A stretch of 57,743 nt of DNA from Ammonifex sp. (GTDB lineage Bacteria > Bacillota > Desulfotomaculia > Desulfotomaculales > DYER01): NCBI GenBank assembly GCA_020725605.1, contig DYER01000026.1, positions 1-57,743 on the forward strand. Direction: 5' to 3'. Below are positions 9,692 through 21,070 of this stretch, piece by piece (the stretch's first letter is position 1; each line of letters starts with the position of its first letter). The position numbers and the translations under genes are program-made. Below the pieces are notes generated by a model that saw only the letters and a program-made list of their open reading frames with translations, made no database searches and had not been told where the DNA came from.

Positions 9692-9948
9692 CGCCGGGTA
9701 CTGGGCTACCGGACCTGGAGCTTCGGCGTGGTCAACGCCTCCACCACGATCGCCCCGGCCACCGTGAAGCTCCAGATTAGCCCGGACGGCACCAACTGGA
9801 TCGACGAGGCCGGCCCGGTCACCCTGAACACCGGGGACGTGAGTGCCCTGGTCTCGACCATCTTCTGAAATACGCCCGCATCTACTACGCCGCGGCTAAC
9901 GCGGCCAGTACCGTGACCCTGAATATTTTCCTCCGGGCCCAGGCCTGA
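9692..9948 (+). pseudogene. C-terminal remnant of a DUF6385-like protein
   Basis: YRTWSFGVVN..ATVKLQISPDGTNW..STIF(frameshift)KYARIYY..LNIFLRAQA-stop; no start codon or RBS. Confidence 0.7.
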
Positions 9949-9951
9949 GAG

Positions 9952-9995
9952 AAAAGGCGGGGAGCCTTGCGGCCTCCGGCGCCGCGGGCTCCCCC
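9952..9995 (-). terminator. Hairpin terminator downstream of dedA
   Basis: GGGGAGCC...GGCTCCCC stem; short T-run on the minus strand. Confidence 0.5.
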
Positions 9996-10057
9996 AGAGT
10001 CTGGTTTCAGGGTCAGAGCTGATGCCGCGCTTTCCCTGCTTGCGCCTCCGGGGTAGT

Positions 10058-10678
10058 TTACCTTTCGCTTCCTGACTTTTCTTCCGGCGGGGGGATTGGC
10101 TCCGGCTTCTTTCGGCCGCGCAGGATTTTCCATACTACCAGCCCGCCGAAGGACAGCACGAGCGTCAGGGCGATCACGGCGTGCAGGCTGACGTAGGACT
10201 GCCAGACGTGGATGAGGTACCTGGTGAATTCCAGCAGGAGCACGTTGAAAAGGAGCGAGCCCAGGGCCGTCCAGAAGGTGAAACTCAAAAGGTTCACCCG
10301 GGCAAAGCCGGCCACGAAGGAGGACCAGGGCCGCACGTAACCTACGAAGCGGGTAGCAAACACGGTGAGGGCCCCGTAGCGGGCGTACCAATCCCTGAGT
10401 TTTGTACGGGTCCTGAGGAACTCCCTATTGCCAGCCAGCCGGCGGGCAAGGTACCCTTCGCCCCAGTACCCCACCCCGTAGGCCGCCAGACTGCCGGTGA
10501 GGTGGGCCGCGGTGAGAAGGAGGACCATCAGCGGGTACGAAAAGCCCCTTTGAATCAAGAGGTAGGCCAGTACGTAGCTCCCTTCGATGGGAAAGGGAAG
10601 CCCCAGGTTTTCCACCATGACACTCAAGAAAATTCCGCTCAGTCCCAGGGAGCCCCAAAAGCGGTGGAGGGCCTCCAT
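10058..10678 (-). CDS. DedA-family membrane protein
   Basis: ENLGLPFPIE, AYGVGYWG, TRFVGYVRPWSSFVAG; RBS AAGGAG. Confidence 0.93.
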   Translation of the reverse strand: MEALHRFWGSLGLSGIFLSVMVENLGLPFPIEGSYVLAYLLIQRGFSYPLMVLLLTAAHLTGSLAAYGVGYWGEGYLARRLAGNREFLRTRTKLRDWYARYGALTVFATRFVGYVRPWSSFVAGFARVNLLSFTFWTALGSLLFNVLLLEFTRYLIHVWQSYVSLHAVIALTLVLSFGGLVVWKILRGRKKPEPIPPPEEKSGSER

Positions 10679-10691
10679 GCCGTTTCGCTCC

Positions 10692-11501
10692 TTACGGGCG
10701 TGGCGAACTGAAGAGTTCGTTTTCACGTATGAAACTGAGGAGCAAGGGGCGCAAGAAAGGGTTCTTCAATTGGGTACGGTACTCCAGCACGGCGGCCGTC
10801 TTGGCCTTCTTGGCCTCGGGGGAGGGGCAGAATTTCAGCCACCTCTGATCAAACGTCAGCATGGCCACCGGAGGCAGGAGGAAATTCTGTCGGGCCAGCA
10901 TTTTGGGCTGGGGGAAGTAAGGATGGTGCACGAGGTAGCGGTAGGCCCGGACTTCCGGACCGCACGCCAGTACCTCCTCCACGGTGCGGCCGAGTACCGC
11001 GTGGTCCGGGTGGCGGTCCTCCGGGTGGGGGTAGAAAATCACGGTCGGTTGGAACTCCGCGATGGCCTGTCCCACGCGGGCCGCCAGGACGTCGCGGTGT
11101 TCGGCCAGCTGTCCGTCCGGGTATTCCCAGAACTCCAGTTGATGGGGCGGCACGCCCAGGAGGCTCGTGGCGTGCCGGAACTCGCGATAGCGCTGGTTTT
11201 TTAGCCCGTGCTTGTTGCCGTCGGTGGCCAGCACGATGCGCACCGGGGCGCCGGACCGGGTAGCGGTAAACATGTAGGCCCCGGCGCCGATGGTCTCGTC
11301 GTCGGGGTGCGGGGCGAAAACGAGTACCCGTTCTTCCGGGGTCGGTAGCTCGAGATCCGGGAGCAGGTAAAAGGCGGCCCCCGGAAGCACTTCGTACGCG
11401 TAGGTGTAGGCGAGATAGGCCACAAACGGTACCAGAACGAACAATACGATGGTAAGCTTTCTCTTATGTCGGGTCCACCAGTCTTTTATAAACGTCTTCA
11501 A
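10692..11501 (-). CDS. PIG-L-family N-acetylglucosamine deacetylase with N-terminal membrane anchor
   Basis: APHPDDETIG, TDG, DRHPDH motifs; hydrophobic N-terminal helix. Confidence 0.92.
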   Translation of the reverse strand: MKTFIKDWWTRHKRKLTIVLFVLVPFVAYLAYTYAYEVLPGAAFYLLPDLELPTPEERVLVFAPHPDDETIGAGAYMFTATRSGAPVRIVLATDGNKHGLKNQRYREFRHATSLLGVPPHQLEFWEYPDGQLAEHRDVLAARVGQAIAEFQPTVIFYPHPEDRHPDHAVLGRTVEEVLACGPEVRAYRYLVHHPYFPQPKMLARQNFLLPPVAMLTFDQRWLKFCPSPEAKKAKTAAVLEYRTQLKNPFLRPLLLSFIRENELFSSPRP

Positions 11502-12636
11502 TACAGCGCAAACTCCCGTCGAGCTTGTGGGCAACCACCTTTTCCAGACTCCGCCGGCCCATCCTGTGGCGCAAAGCCGGATCCCCCAGGAGAGCCAGAA
11601 TTTTTTCCGCCAGGTCGCGGGCGTCTCCGGGACGGAACAGCAGCCCGTTGTCGCCGTCCTCTATCAGTTCGGGCAGGGCCCCGGCGCGCGCCGCCACCAC
11701 CGGCAGGCCCGAGGCCATGGCCTCCAGGGTAACGATACTCTGGGTTTCGTGGGGCGAGGGGATCACGAAGCAGGTGGCCAGCTGGTAAAGTTGCGGCAGT
11801 CTGTCGCTCTCGTGTGCGAAAGGCCCGAGAAAGCTGACGTGGGACGCAAGACCGGCCCTTCTGGCCTGCCTTTTCAAACGCTCGGTCAGGTTGCCGCCGC
11901 CGCACAGGACGAAATGCGCCTCACGGCAGGCCAGCACGTGGGGTACGGCCGCCAGCAGGGTTTCGAGGTCCTTGTCCTGGTCGAGGCGGCCCACGTACAA
12001 AACCAAAGGTTTGTTCGGCAGGTTGAACTCGGCCCGTATGGTGGCCGGCGGCACGTAGGAGAAAAACCGGTTCAGATCCACCCCATTCGAAATGGCGATT
12101 ACGGGAGCCCTCAGACCCAGGGCCAGGAGGGTGGCTCGTACCGTTTCACTCGGGCAGATGACGTACTGGCAACGGTTGTAAAACCGTATCATGGCCGCGG
12201 TGAGCGTACGTCTGAGCCAGGGGTGGAAGGGCCTGAGGAACCTTAAATAAGACAGGACGTACTCCAAGGTAAAATGGTTGCTGATCACCACCGGCACGCC
12301 CCTGGCGCCGGCCTCGGCCAGCAGGGTGGAGCCGATGGAAGTGGGGTCCTGGAGGTGCACGACTTGCGGCCGGACGACCTCCACTATGGCCCGCACTTCG
12401 CGGCGCGGCCATACGGTGACGCGGAAGCCTTTGCGAAAGGGATGGGGAACGGAACGTATGCGCCACACCGCGAAGCCGTCCGGGTGGGTTTCCAAGAAAG
12501 TCCTGCGGTTCGGGGAAGGGGCCACCACCACGACCTCGTGGTTTCGTTGCGCAAGGTAGCGCGCGAGGTTAAGGGTGGTGACCGCCACCCCGGAAATGTT
12601 GGGGTAAAAGGATTCCGTGCCGATTAAGACCTTCAT
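11464..12636 (-). CDS. GT4 glycosyltransferase (diacylglycerol glycosyltransferase-like)
   Basis: ESFYPNISGV, YVGRLDQDK, ETQSIVTLEAMASGLPVV. Confidence 0.92.
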   Translation of the reverse strand: MKVLIGTESFYPNISGVAVTTLNLARYLAQRNHEVVVVAPSPNRRTFLETHPDGFAVWRIRSVPHPFRKGFRVTVWPRREVRAIVEVVRPQVVHLQDPTSIGSTLLAEAGARGVPVVISNHFTLEYVLSYLRFLRPFHPWLRRTLTAAMIRFYNRCQYVICPSETVRATLLALGLRAPVIAISNGVDLNRFFSYVPPATIRAEFNLPNKPLVLYVGRLDQDKDLETLLAAVPHVLACREAHFVLCGGGNLTERLKRQARRAGLASHVSFLGPFAHESDRLPQLYQLATCFVIPSPHETQSIVTLEAMASGLPVVAARAGALPELIEDGDNGLLFRPGDARDLAEKILALLGDPALRHRMGRRSLEKVVAHKLDGSLRCIEDVYKRLVDPT

Positions 12637-12721
12637 TGCAGCCCTTTCCCGCGCAAGTATTCAAGTATTTCGGCGCCGGCGAAAAATCCCCTGCCGGCCG
12701 TAATCGTTTGTCTTCTCCGCC

Positions 12722-12751
12722 TTGTCACGGGGTCCGCACTCAGTTTATAAT
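12722..12751 (+). promoter_or_regulatory. SigA-type promoter for holA
   Basis: TTGTCA-18-TATAAT. Confidence 0.6.
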
Positions 12752-12820
12752 ATGAGCAGAAGATCTTTTAAGTATTTGTGACAGGTAACGCATGGTAAGG
12801 CGGCAGGGAGGCCATACGCC

Positions 12821-13822
12821 GTGGACCGGCTGGCGGCACTGGAGCAAAGGCTGGCGAAGGGCGACATCGCTCCGGTCTATCTGTTTTACGGGGCCGAAGA
12901 GTACTTAAGGGAGCGGGCCCTGGCCCTCTTGCGAGAGAAACTCCTGTCTCCCCCGGCCCTGACCTGGAATTATCGCGTGCTATTCGGCGACGAAGCCGCC
13001 CCGGAAGCCATCGTGCAGTGGGCTACAACCCCCCCTGTGGGCGCTCCTCGGCGCCTTGTCGTGGTGCGCCAGGCGGTCTTTTTTGGCACGCGCTCGGGAA
13101 TATCGGTGCTTGAAGAATACTTCACGCGGCCGGTACGGTCCGCGTGCCTGGCCTTCGATACCGCGACCGTGGACCGGGAGGGCCCTTTGTTCAAGGCCTT
13201 GCAGGCTGCCGGCGAGGCCGTCGAATTCACCCCCGTCAAAAAACCCCTTCTCTACCGTTGGGTTCTGCAGGCGGCGAGGGAGGCCGGGCGGCAGATTACG
13301 GAGGAGGCCGTCAGAGAGCTGGTTAACAGGCACGAGCGTCTCACGGACCTGGCGGCCGAATTCGCGAAGCTTGCGGATTTTGTCGGCCCCGATCGCTCCA
13401 TCACGGCCCGAGATGTGCGGGAGGTAACCGCACCCCGTACCGAAGACCGCATTTTCGCCGTCCTCGACGCCGTCGGAGAAAAAAAATACGCCCAGGCAGT
13501 GGCGGGCCTGCGGTACCTGGTTGGGGGCGGGGAAAACCCGCAGGCGGTTCTGGGCCTGCTGGCCCGGCACTTTCGGTTGTTGATACTGGCCAAGGAATCC
13601 GTGGTTGCCGGCCGGGGCCGCGAGAATTTGGCCGGACAATTGGGTGTAGCCCCCTTCGTGGCCAGGAAGCTGTTGCTGCAGGCGGGCAACTTCAGCATGT
13701 CCCGGTTAAAGGGGGCCCTGGCGGGCCTGCTGGCCGCCGAGGTGGCGGTTAAGACAGGCGCATGTGACTATCAAACGGCTCTGGAAACCTTCCTGGCCGG
13801 ACTGTGGGCCGGTCCGGGGTGA
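12821..13822 (+). CDS. holA: DNA polymerase III delta subunit
   Basis: PVYLFYGAEEYL, RRLVVV, EFAKL, PFVARK, AVKTG; canonical position next to rpsT. Confidence 0.93.
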   Translation: MDRLAALEQRLAKGDIAPVYLFYGAEEYLRERALALLREKLLSPPALTWNYRVLFGDEAAPEAIVQWATTPPVGAPRRLVVVRQAVFFGTRSGISVLEEYFTRPVRSACLAFDTATVDREGPLFKALQAAGEAVEFTPVKKPLLYRWVLQAAREAGRQITEEAVRELVNRHERLTDLAAEFAKLADFVGPDRSITARDVREVTAPRTEDRIFAVLDAVGEKKYAQAVAGLRYLVGGGENPQAVLGLLARHFRLLILAKESVVAGRGRENLAGQLGVAPFVARKLLLQAGNFSMSRLKGALAGLLAAEVAVKTGACDYQTALETFLAGLWAGPG

Positions 13823-13841
13823 CGGAAAGGGGGGAGTACCC

Positions 13842-14045
13842 GTGTACAAGTGGAAGTGCGATTACTGTAACTACTCCACCCAGGCCGAGGTTCCGCCGGA
13901 AAAGTGTCCTTCCTGCCGCCGGGGATGCACCTTCATCCTGGTCGACTGTTACACGCCCGATTGCGGGGGGCCGGAGGCCGGCGGCGTGGACCTGACCCTG
14001 TACCAGCGGTCTCGACCCCGCAAAAAGGCGGATAGGCACGCGTGA
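13842..14045 (+). CDS. Small rubredoxin-like metal-binding protein
   Basis: WKCDYC...PPEKCPSC...CYTPDCGG; RBS GGGGAG. Confidence 0.8.
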   Translation: MYKWKCDYCNYSTQAEVPPEKCPSCRRGCTFILVDCYTPDCGGPEAGGVDLTLYQRSRPRKKADRHA

Positions 14046-14082
14046 AGCTCCCCATCCGCCTTCTTTTCCGACTTCCCAACGG

Positions 14083-14361
14083 TTACGACGCCACCCCGCC
14101 CGTGGCACGGTTCAGCTTGCACGCGAGACGGGATTTCTTGCGGGCCGCCGTGTTCCTGTGCAAAACGCCCTTGCTGGCCGCCTTGTCGATGCGGATGACG
14201 GCTTCCCGCAAATAGCGCCGTGCCAGCTCCATGTCCGCAGCAGTCAGGGCCCGCTCGAATTTTCGGATGGCCGTCTTCACGGCCGATTTAATGCTGCGGT
14301 TCCTCAGGGCGCGGCGGCGGGCCACCGCCACCCGTTTGGCGGCGGTACGCGACTTGGGCAC
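14083..14361 (-). CDS. rpsT: 30S ribosomal protein S20
   Basis: RNRSIKSAVKTAIRK, IDKAASKGVLHRNTAARKKSRL. Confidence 0.98.
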   Translation of the reverse strand: MPKSRTAAKRVAVARRRALRNRSIKSAVKTAIRKFERALTAADMELARRYLREAVIRIDKAASKGVLHRNTAARKKSRLACKLNRATGGVAS

Positions 14362-14389
14362 CGGGCCTCACCTCCCCGTACGCCGTTAT

Positions 14390-14418
14390 ATTCTACCACT
14401 GGCAGGAGGAATTTGCAA
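14390..14418 (-). promoter_or_regulatory. SigA-type promoter for rpsT
   Basis: TTGCAA-17-TAGAAT with extended TG. Confidence 0.7.
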
Positions 14419-14487
14419 CGGTATAATCTGCGGTAGATCTGGTTAAAGATATATCCAAAGAATTGCTTCCCGGGGGAGGTGAGGGCA

Positions 14488-14829
14488 TTGCGCCAGTGGT
14501 TGGGCGTCATCGTGCGGTTTGTGGTGTCGGCGCTGGTACTGATGGTGGTGAGCTGGTTATCGCCTGGTTTTGTGGTACGGGGGGGCTTTGTAGGGGCCCT
14601 CATTGCCGCCGCCGTCATTGCCGCGCTGGGTTATGTTGCGGAGACCCTGTTGGGAGACAGGATCACGCCCCACAGCCGCGGTCTGGTGGGCTTCATCGTG
14701 GCCGCGGTGGTAATCTATCTGGCCCAGTTTATCATCCCGGGGTTGCTGAGCGTCAGCATCATCGGGGCGCTCATCTCCGCTTTCGTCATCGGCCTTATCG
14801 ATGCCTTTGTGCCCACCTTGCTGCGGTGA
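14488..14829 (+). CDS. Four-TM membrane protein (YvlD/DUF360 'phage holin family')
   Basis: RFVVSALVL..PGF..GALIAA, RGLVGFIVAA, IDAFVPT; RBS GGAGGTG. Confidence 0.85.
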   Translation: MRQWLGVIVRFVVSALVLMVVSWLSPGFVVRGGFVGALIAAAVIAALGYVAETLLGDRITPHSRGLVGFIVAAVVIYLAQFIIPGLLSVSIIGALISAFVIGLIDAFVPTLLR

Positions 14830-14878
14830 GGTGACGGCACCGGCACAAAAAACCACCCGTTGCTCCGGGGTGGGGACT

Positions 14879-14908
14879 TCATAATCCCTCTCGTGGCAGA
14901 CATATGAT
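14879..14908 (+). promoter_or_regulatory. SigE-like (mother-cell) promoter for spoIIP
   Basis: TCATAAT-15-CATATGAT. Confidence 0.65.
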
Positions 14909-14935
14909 GTACCAGCATGTCCGCCGGGAGGGATT

Positions 14936-15820
14936 GTGTTTTTGCCGCGCGCTTTGGCCGGTTTTCTGGCCCTGGGTCTGGTCTGGGTGGCGGGGTGGGG
15001 GTTGGTGCGGGTTGCCGTTGACCCCGGCTCGGACCCCGTGCGACTGGTCGCCGTGGCGCTGCCCGCGGTAGCCCGGGACCACCGGGGTCTGCCCTGCACG
15101 TTACCCCGTGGGCCGGAGGAGTGGCTGGCATTCCAGCTACCCTTTCTCAACCCGCAGGTGGTGGTGCAGACCGCGGCCCAGGTGGCGGTGGCCGCCGGGG
15201 TCACCCCGGTGGAGTCCGACGGCAGGATACGGGTGGGCATCTACCATACCCATACAGGCGAAACCTACCAAGACGACGGGAGGGCCCGCATAGAGGGGGG
15301 GCGCGGGGGGGTCGTGCGCGTGGGTGCGGTGCTGGCGGAAACCCTCCAGGGGGAGTACGGGATAGGGGCCGCGCATTCGGATCGCATCCACGACGAAATT
15401 TACGGCCGGGCCTACCTGCAGTCGGAACAGACCGCGCGCCAAATGCTGGCGCAGTACCCGGAAATCGAGGTGCTGCTGGATATTCACCGGGACAGCGAAC
15501 GTTCGCGCCGGGATGCCGTCGCCGTCATCGGGGGCCGGGAAGTCGCCAGGATCCTGCTGGTAGTCGGTTCCGATGCCCGCCGGCCTTTTCCCAACTGGCG
15601 CGAAAACTACGAATTTGCCCGCCGCCTGGCCTCACATATGGACCAACTGTACCCCGGGCTTTCCCTGGGCGTAAAGATAAAGGAGGGACGTTATAACCAG
15701 TACCTGCACCCGCACGCCCTCGTAGTAGAAGTGGGTAGCACCAGCAATACCAAAGAGGAAGCCGAGCGGGCCGCGCGGCTCCTGGCCGACGTGCTGGCTC
15801 GGGAACTTACAGCACAATAG
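14936..15820 (+). CDS. spoIIP: Stage II sporulation protein P
   Basis: IYHTHTGETY, LDIHRD, RYNQYL, VEVGS motifs. Confidence 0.93.
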   Translation: MFLPRALAGFLALGLVWVAGWGLVRVAVDPGSDPVRLVAVALPAVARDHRGLPCTLPRGPEEWLAFQLPFLNPQVVVQTAAQVAVAAGVTPVESDGRIRVGIYHTHTGETYQDDGRARIEGGRGGVVRVGAVLAETLQGEYGIGAAHSDRIHDEIYGRAYLQSEQTARQMLAQYPEIEVLLDIHRDSERSRRDAVAVIGGREVARILLVVGSDARRPFPNWRENYEFARRLASHMDQLYPGLSLGVKIKEGRYNQYLHPHALVVEVGSTSNTKEEAERAARLLADVLARELTAQ

Positions 15821-15849
15821 TTGACAAAGGCTGCGTTAGGTGCTATGTT
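15821..15849 (+). promoter_or_regulatory. SigA promoter of the hrcA-dnaK operon
   Basis: TTGACA-17-TATGTT with extended TG. Confidence 0.8.
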
Positions 15850-15863
15850 TTATTGGAGGGCTT

Positions 15864-15890
15864 CTAGCACTCGATACATGAGAGTGCTAA
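15864..15890 (+). promoter_or_regulatory. CIRCE element (HrcA operator)
   Basis: CTAGCACTC-N9-GAGTGCTAA, one mismatch to TTAGCACTC-N9-GAGTGCTAA. Confidence 0.95.
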
Positions 15891-15904
15891 CAGGGGTGTC
15901 CGCC

Positions 15905-16939
15905 ATGGGGATGAATGAGCGCAAGCAACGGATACTCCTTGCCATCGTTCAGGATTACGTGGCCACCGCCGAACCGGTGGGGTCCCGGACCATCGCCCGC
16001 AAGTACGGGCTCGGAATAAGCCCAGCTACCATCCGGAACGAGGTGGCGGACCTCGAAGAACTGGGGTACGTGGAACAGCCCCACACCTCGGCCGGCCGCA
16101 TCCCGTCGGAGCGGGGCTATCGTTATTACGTTGACCATTTGATGCGCCGGGAGGTCCTGAGTCCGGAAGAGGAAGAAGTTATCAAGAGCAGCTATGCACT
16201 CGCGGGGAGCGAAATTACCTCCCTGTTGCAGCAAACGGGCCGTCTGCTGGCCCGGTTGACCCGCTACACGGCCTTCGTGATGGCGCCCGTGGCAGGCCGC
16301 AGCGTGGTGCATTACGTTCAGGTGGTCCCAATGGGCCCGGCGCGGGCGGTGGTGGTCGTGGTTCTGGTCACCGGGAAGGTCCTGCACCGTTTCTGGGAGC
16401 TACCGGAAGAGGTTGAGCCGGTGGTCGTGGAGCAACTGGCCAGGGTCGTCAACGCCAGGGCCCGCGGGCTGGTACTCAACGAGGCCGTACGACGGCTCAG
16501 GGAAACCGAAATACCCCCGGGCGTGAGCAAGGGGTTGTTCATGGACCTGGTGGGCGTGCTGGCCGACATGAGCACCGGGCAGTACGAGGAACGCGTCATC
16601 ACCGAGGGCCTGTTTAACATCCTGGAACAGCCCGAATTTCGAGACGTGGAGCGGGTAAAGGTCCTGTTCGGTACTCTGGAAAAGGGAGAAGTGATCCGCG
16701 ATCTCCTGGCCAGTCACCAGGAGGAAGGCGTCACCGTCCGTATCGGAGGCGAGATTCGCTACCCCGCCATGAGGGAATGTAGCGTCGTGGTGGGTTCCTA
16801 CCACATGAAGGGTCGGGTGGCGGGCTCCCTGGCGGTACTGGGCCCCACGCGTATGGTTTATGCGCGGGTGGTGACGGTGATGGACCGCGTTGCCCGGCAG
16901 CTGAGTGCAACGCTGGACCGCCTTTACGCCGGGCGTTAG
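15905..16939 (+). CDS. hrcA: Heat-inducible transcription repressor HrcA
   Basis: EPVGSRT, SPATIRNE, QPHTSAGRIPS..GYRYYVD, LGPTRM. Confidence 0.98.
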   Translation: MGMNERKQRILLAIVQDYVATAEPVGSRTIARKYGLGISPATIRNEVADLEELGYVEQPHTSAGRIPSERGYRYYVDHLMRREVLSPEEEEVIKSSYALAGSEITSLLQQTGRLLARLTRYTAFVMAPVAGRSVVHYVQVVPMGPARAVVVVVLVTGKVLHRFWELPEEVEPVVVEQLARVVNARARGLVLNEAVRRLRETEIPPGVSKGLFMDLVGVLADMSTGQYEERVITEGLFNILEQPEFRDVERVKVLFGTLEKGEVIRDLLASHQEEGVTVRIGGEIRYPAMRECSVVVGSYHMKGRVAGSLAVLGPTRMVYARVVTVMDRVARQLSATLDRLYAGR

Positions 16940-16951
16940 GGGGAATGGCCT

Positions 16952-18523
16952 TTGAGCCTGAAGCAACAGGCCAGCGGCAACGCCGAGGTTAACGAGCGGC
17001 TGGCCGCCTTGATGACCAACGCCAACGCCGTGCGGGCCATTGCCGCCGCGGTGGAAGGCACTCTGGGCCCGAAGGGTCTGGATACCATGCTGGTCGACAG
17101 GTTCGGCGAGGTGGTCATTACCAACGACGGAGTCACCATCCTGACCATGATGGAGGCCAACCATCCCGCGGCCAGGATGGTCATCAACACGGCCAAGGCC
17201 CAGGACGAAGAGATCGGCGACGGCACCACGACGGCCACGGTCATGGCCGGCGCGCTGGTGAGCACCGGCGTGGAGCTGGTGTCCAGAGGGGTTCCGGTCG
17301 CCCGGGTGCTGGAAGGGTTGCGGGCCGGCATACGGAGGGCCCTGGAGGTCATGCGGTCCCACGCCCAGCCCTTGGAGGGGCTGGACGATCCCCGGCTCCG
17401 CCAGGTGGCCCTGGTGGCCGGGCGGGACCACGAGGACATCGCGGACCTGGTGGTGCAGGCCGCCAGGCTCATCGGCGAGGAGAAACTCAGGGACCCGTCC
17501 TTCAAATTTGCCGATACGGTGGTGGCCGAAGAAGGAGCGGAAAACCAGGTTTTTCTGGGAGTCATCATCAACAAGGAGCGCGTGAACCGCCAGATGCCGC
17601 GCGAGCTTCGCGACGTGGCGGTGCTGGTGGTCGACGATGCCCTGGAACCGGAGGAACTGGAAGAGGAGGCCCTGGCCACCGAGGCCGGTTTTGCCCGCTA
17701 TATGGAACTGAGGAAAGAGTTCCGCGAGAACCTGCTCAAGATCCCGGCCCTGGGCGTGGGCCTGGTGCTGGTGGACCGGGGTATTGACGACGTCGCCGAG
17801 GAAATCTTCACCGACGCCGGTATCATGGCGGTCCAGAGGGTACTCCACAAGGAGTTGCGCAAAGCGGCCGAGCACACCGGGGCGCGTATGATCAAGAGGA
17901 CGGCCCTGCGAAAACCCCTGGAGGAGCTGCGCCAGTGCCTCGGGCGGGCCGGCCGGGTGTACAACGACGAAAAGCTGGAGCAGGTCTGGATCCTGGAGGG
18001 CGGCGGCAAGCCCATGGCCACGGTGCTGGTGGGGGCGGCCACCGCCGAAGTGGTGGGCGAAAGGGAGCGCATCGCCCGGGATGCCGCGGCCGCCGTGCAG
18101 GCGGCCCTCAAAGGGGGCGTGGTGCCGGGCGGAGGGGCCCTGGAACTGGCGGTGGCCCGCGAAGTGCAGAAGTTGCGCGACGACATGCGGGGCATGGCCG
18201 CCTACGGCGTGGATTGCGTGGTGGAGGGGCTGAGGCGGCCCCTGGCCCAGATCGTGTCCAACGCGGGATTCAATCCTCTGGAAAAGATTGGTGATTGCAT
18301 TGCGGCCCAGGCCGCCTCGGGTAAGATCTCCCTGGGCATCGACTGCGACACGGGTGAGATCAGGGATATGCTGGAGATGGGCGTACTGGACCCCGCCCTC
18401 GTGAAGATCCACGCCCTGAGGGCGGCCGGTGAGGTGGCCGAGGCGATCCTGCGTATCGATACCATCATCAAGAAGCGGGAGGAAAGGGACACGGGTGGGC
18501 GCGAGACCACCACGGAAGGTTGA
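16952..18523 (+). CDS. Thermosome-like (group III, TCP-1/cpn60 family) chaperonin
   Basis: TLGPKGLDTML, ITNDGVTIL, GDGTTT, VPGGGALE, AEAILRID; group II-like features rather than GroEL. Confidence 0.92.
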   Translation: MSLKQQASGNAEVNERLAALMTNANAVRAIAAAVEGTLGPKGLDTMLVDRFGEVVITNDGVTILTMMEANHPAARMVINTAKAQDEEIGDGTTTATVMAGALVSTGVELVSRGVPVARVLEGLRAGIRRALEVMRSHAQPLEGLDDPRLRQVALVAGRDHEDIADLVVQAARLIGEEKLRDPSFKFADTVVAEEGAENQVFLGVIINKERVNRQMPRELRDVAVLVVDDALEPEELEEEALATEAGFARYMELRKEFRENLLKIPALGVGLVLVDRGIDDVAEEIFTDAGIMAVQRVLHKELRKAAEHTGARMIKRTALRKPLEELRQCLGRAGRVYNDEKLEQVWILEGGGKPMATVLVGAATAEVVGERERIARDAAAAVQAALKGGVVPGGGALELAVAREVQKLRDDMRGMAAYGVDCVVEGLRRPLAQIVSNAGFNPLEKIGDCIAAQAASGKISLGIDCDTGEIRDMLEMGVLDPALVKIHALRAAGEVAEAILRIDTIIKKREERDTGGRETTTEG

Positions 18524-18549
18524 GCCGTCCGCCGGTGGAAGGTGAAAAC

Positions 18550-21043
<2,494 letters not shown>

Positions 21044-21070
21044 AGGGCGCACCCAGGGTGGTGGGAAGGC

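Noticed and set aside
9861-9870. In-frame TGA in the DUF6385-like fragment as possible selenocysteine
   Set aside because: Similarity resumes in a different frame (F-L-KYAR), so a 1-nt deletion explains it; no SECIS is evident.
14488-14829. 'Phage holin' family gene as evidence of a prophage
   Set aside because: YvlD/DUF360-type genes are common chromosomal genes; no endolysin, integrase or structural genes are nearby.
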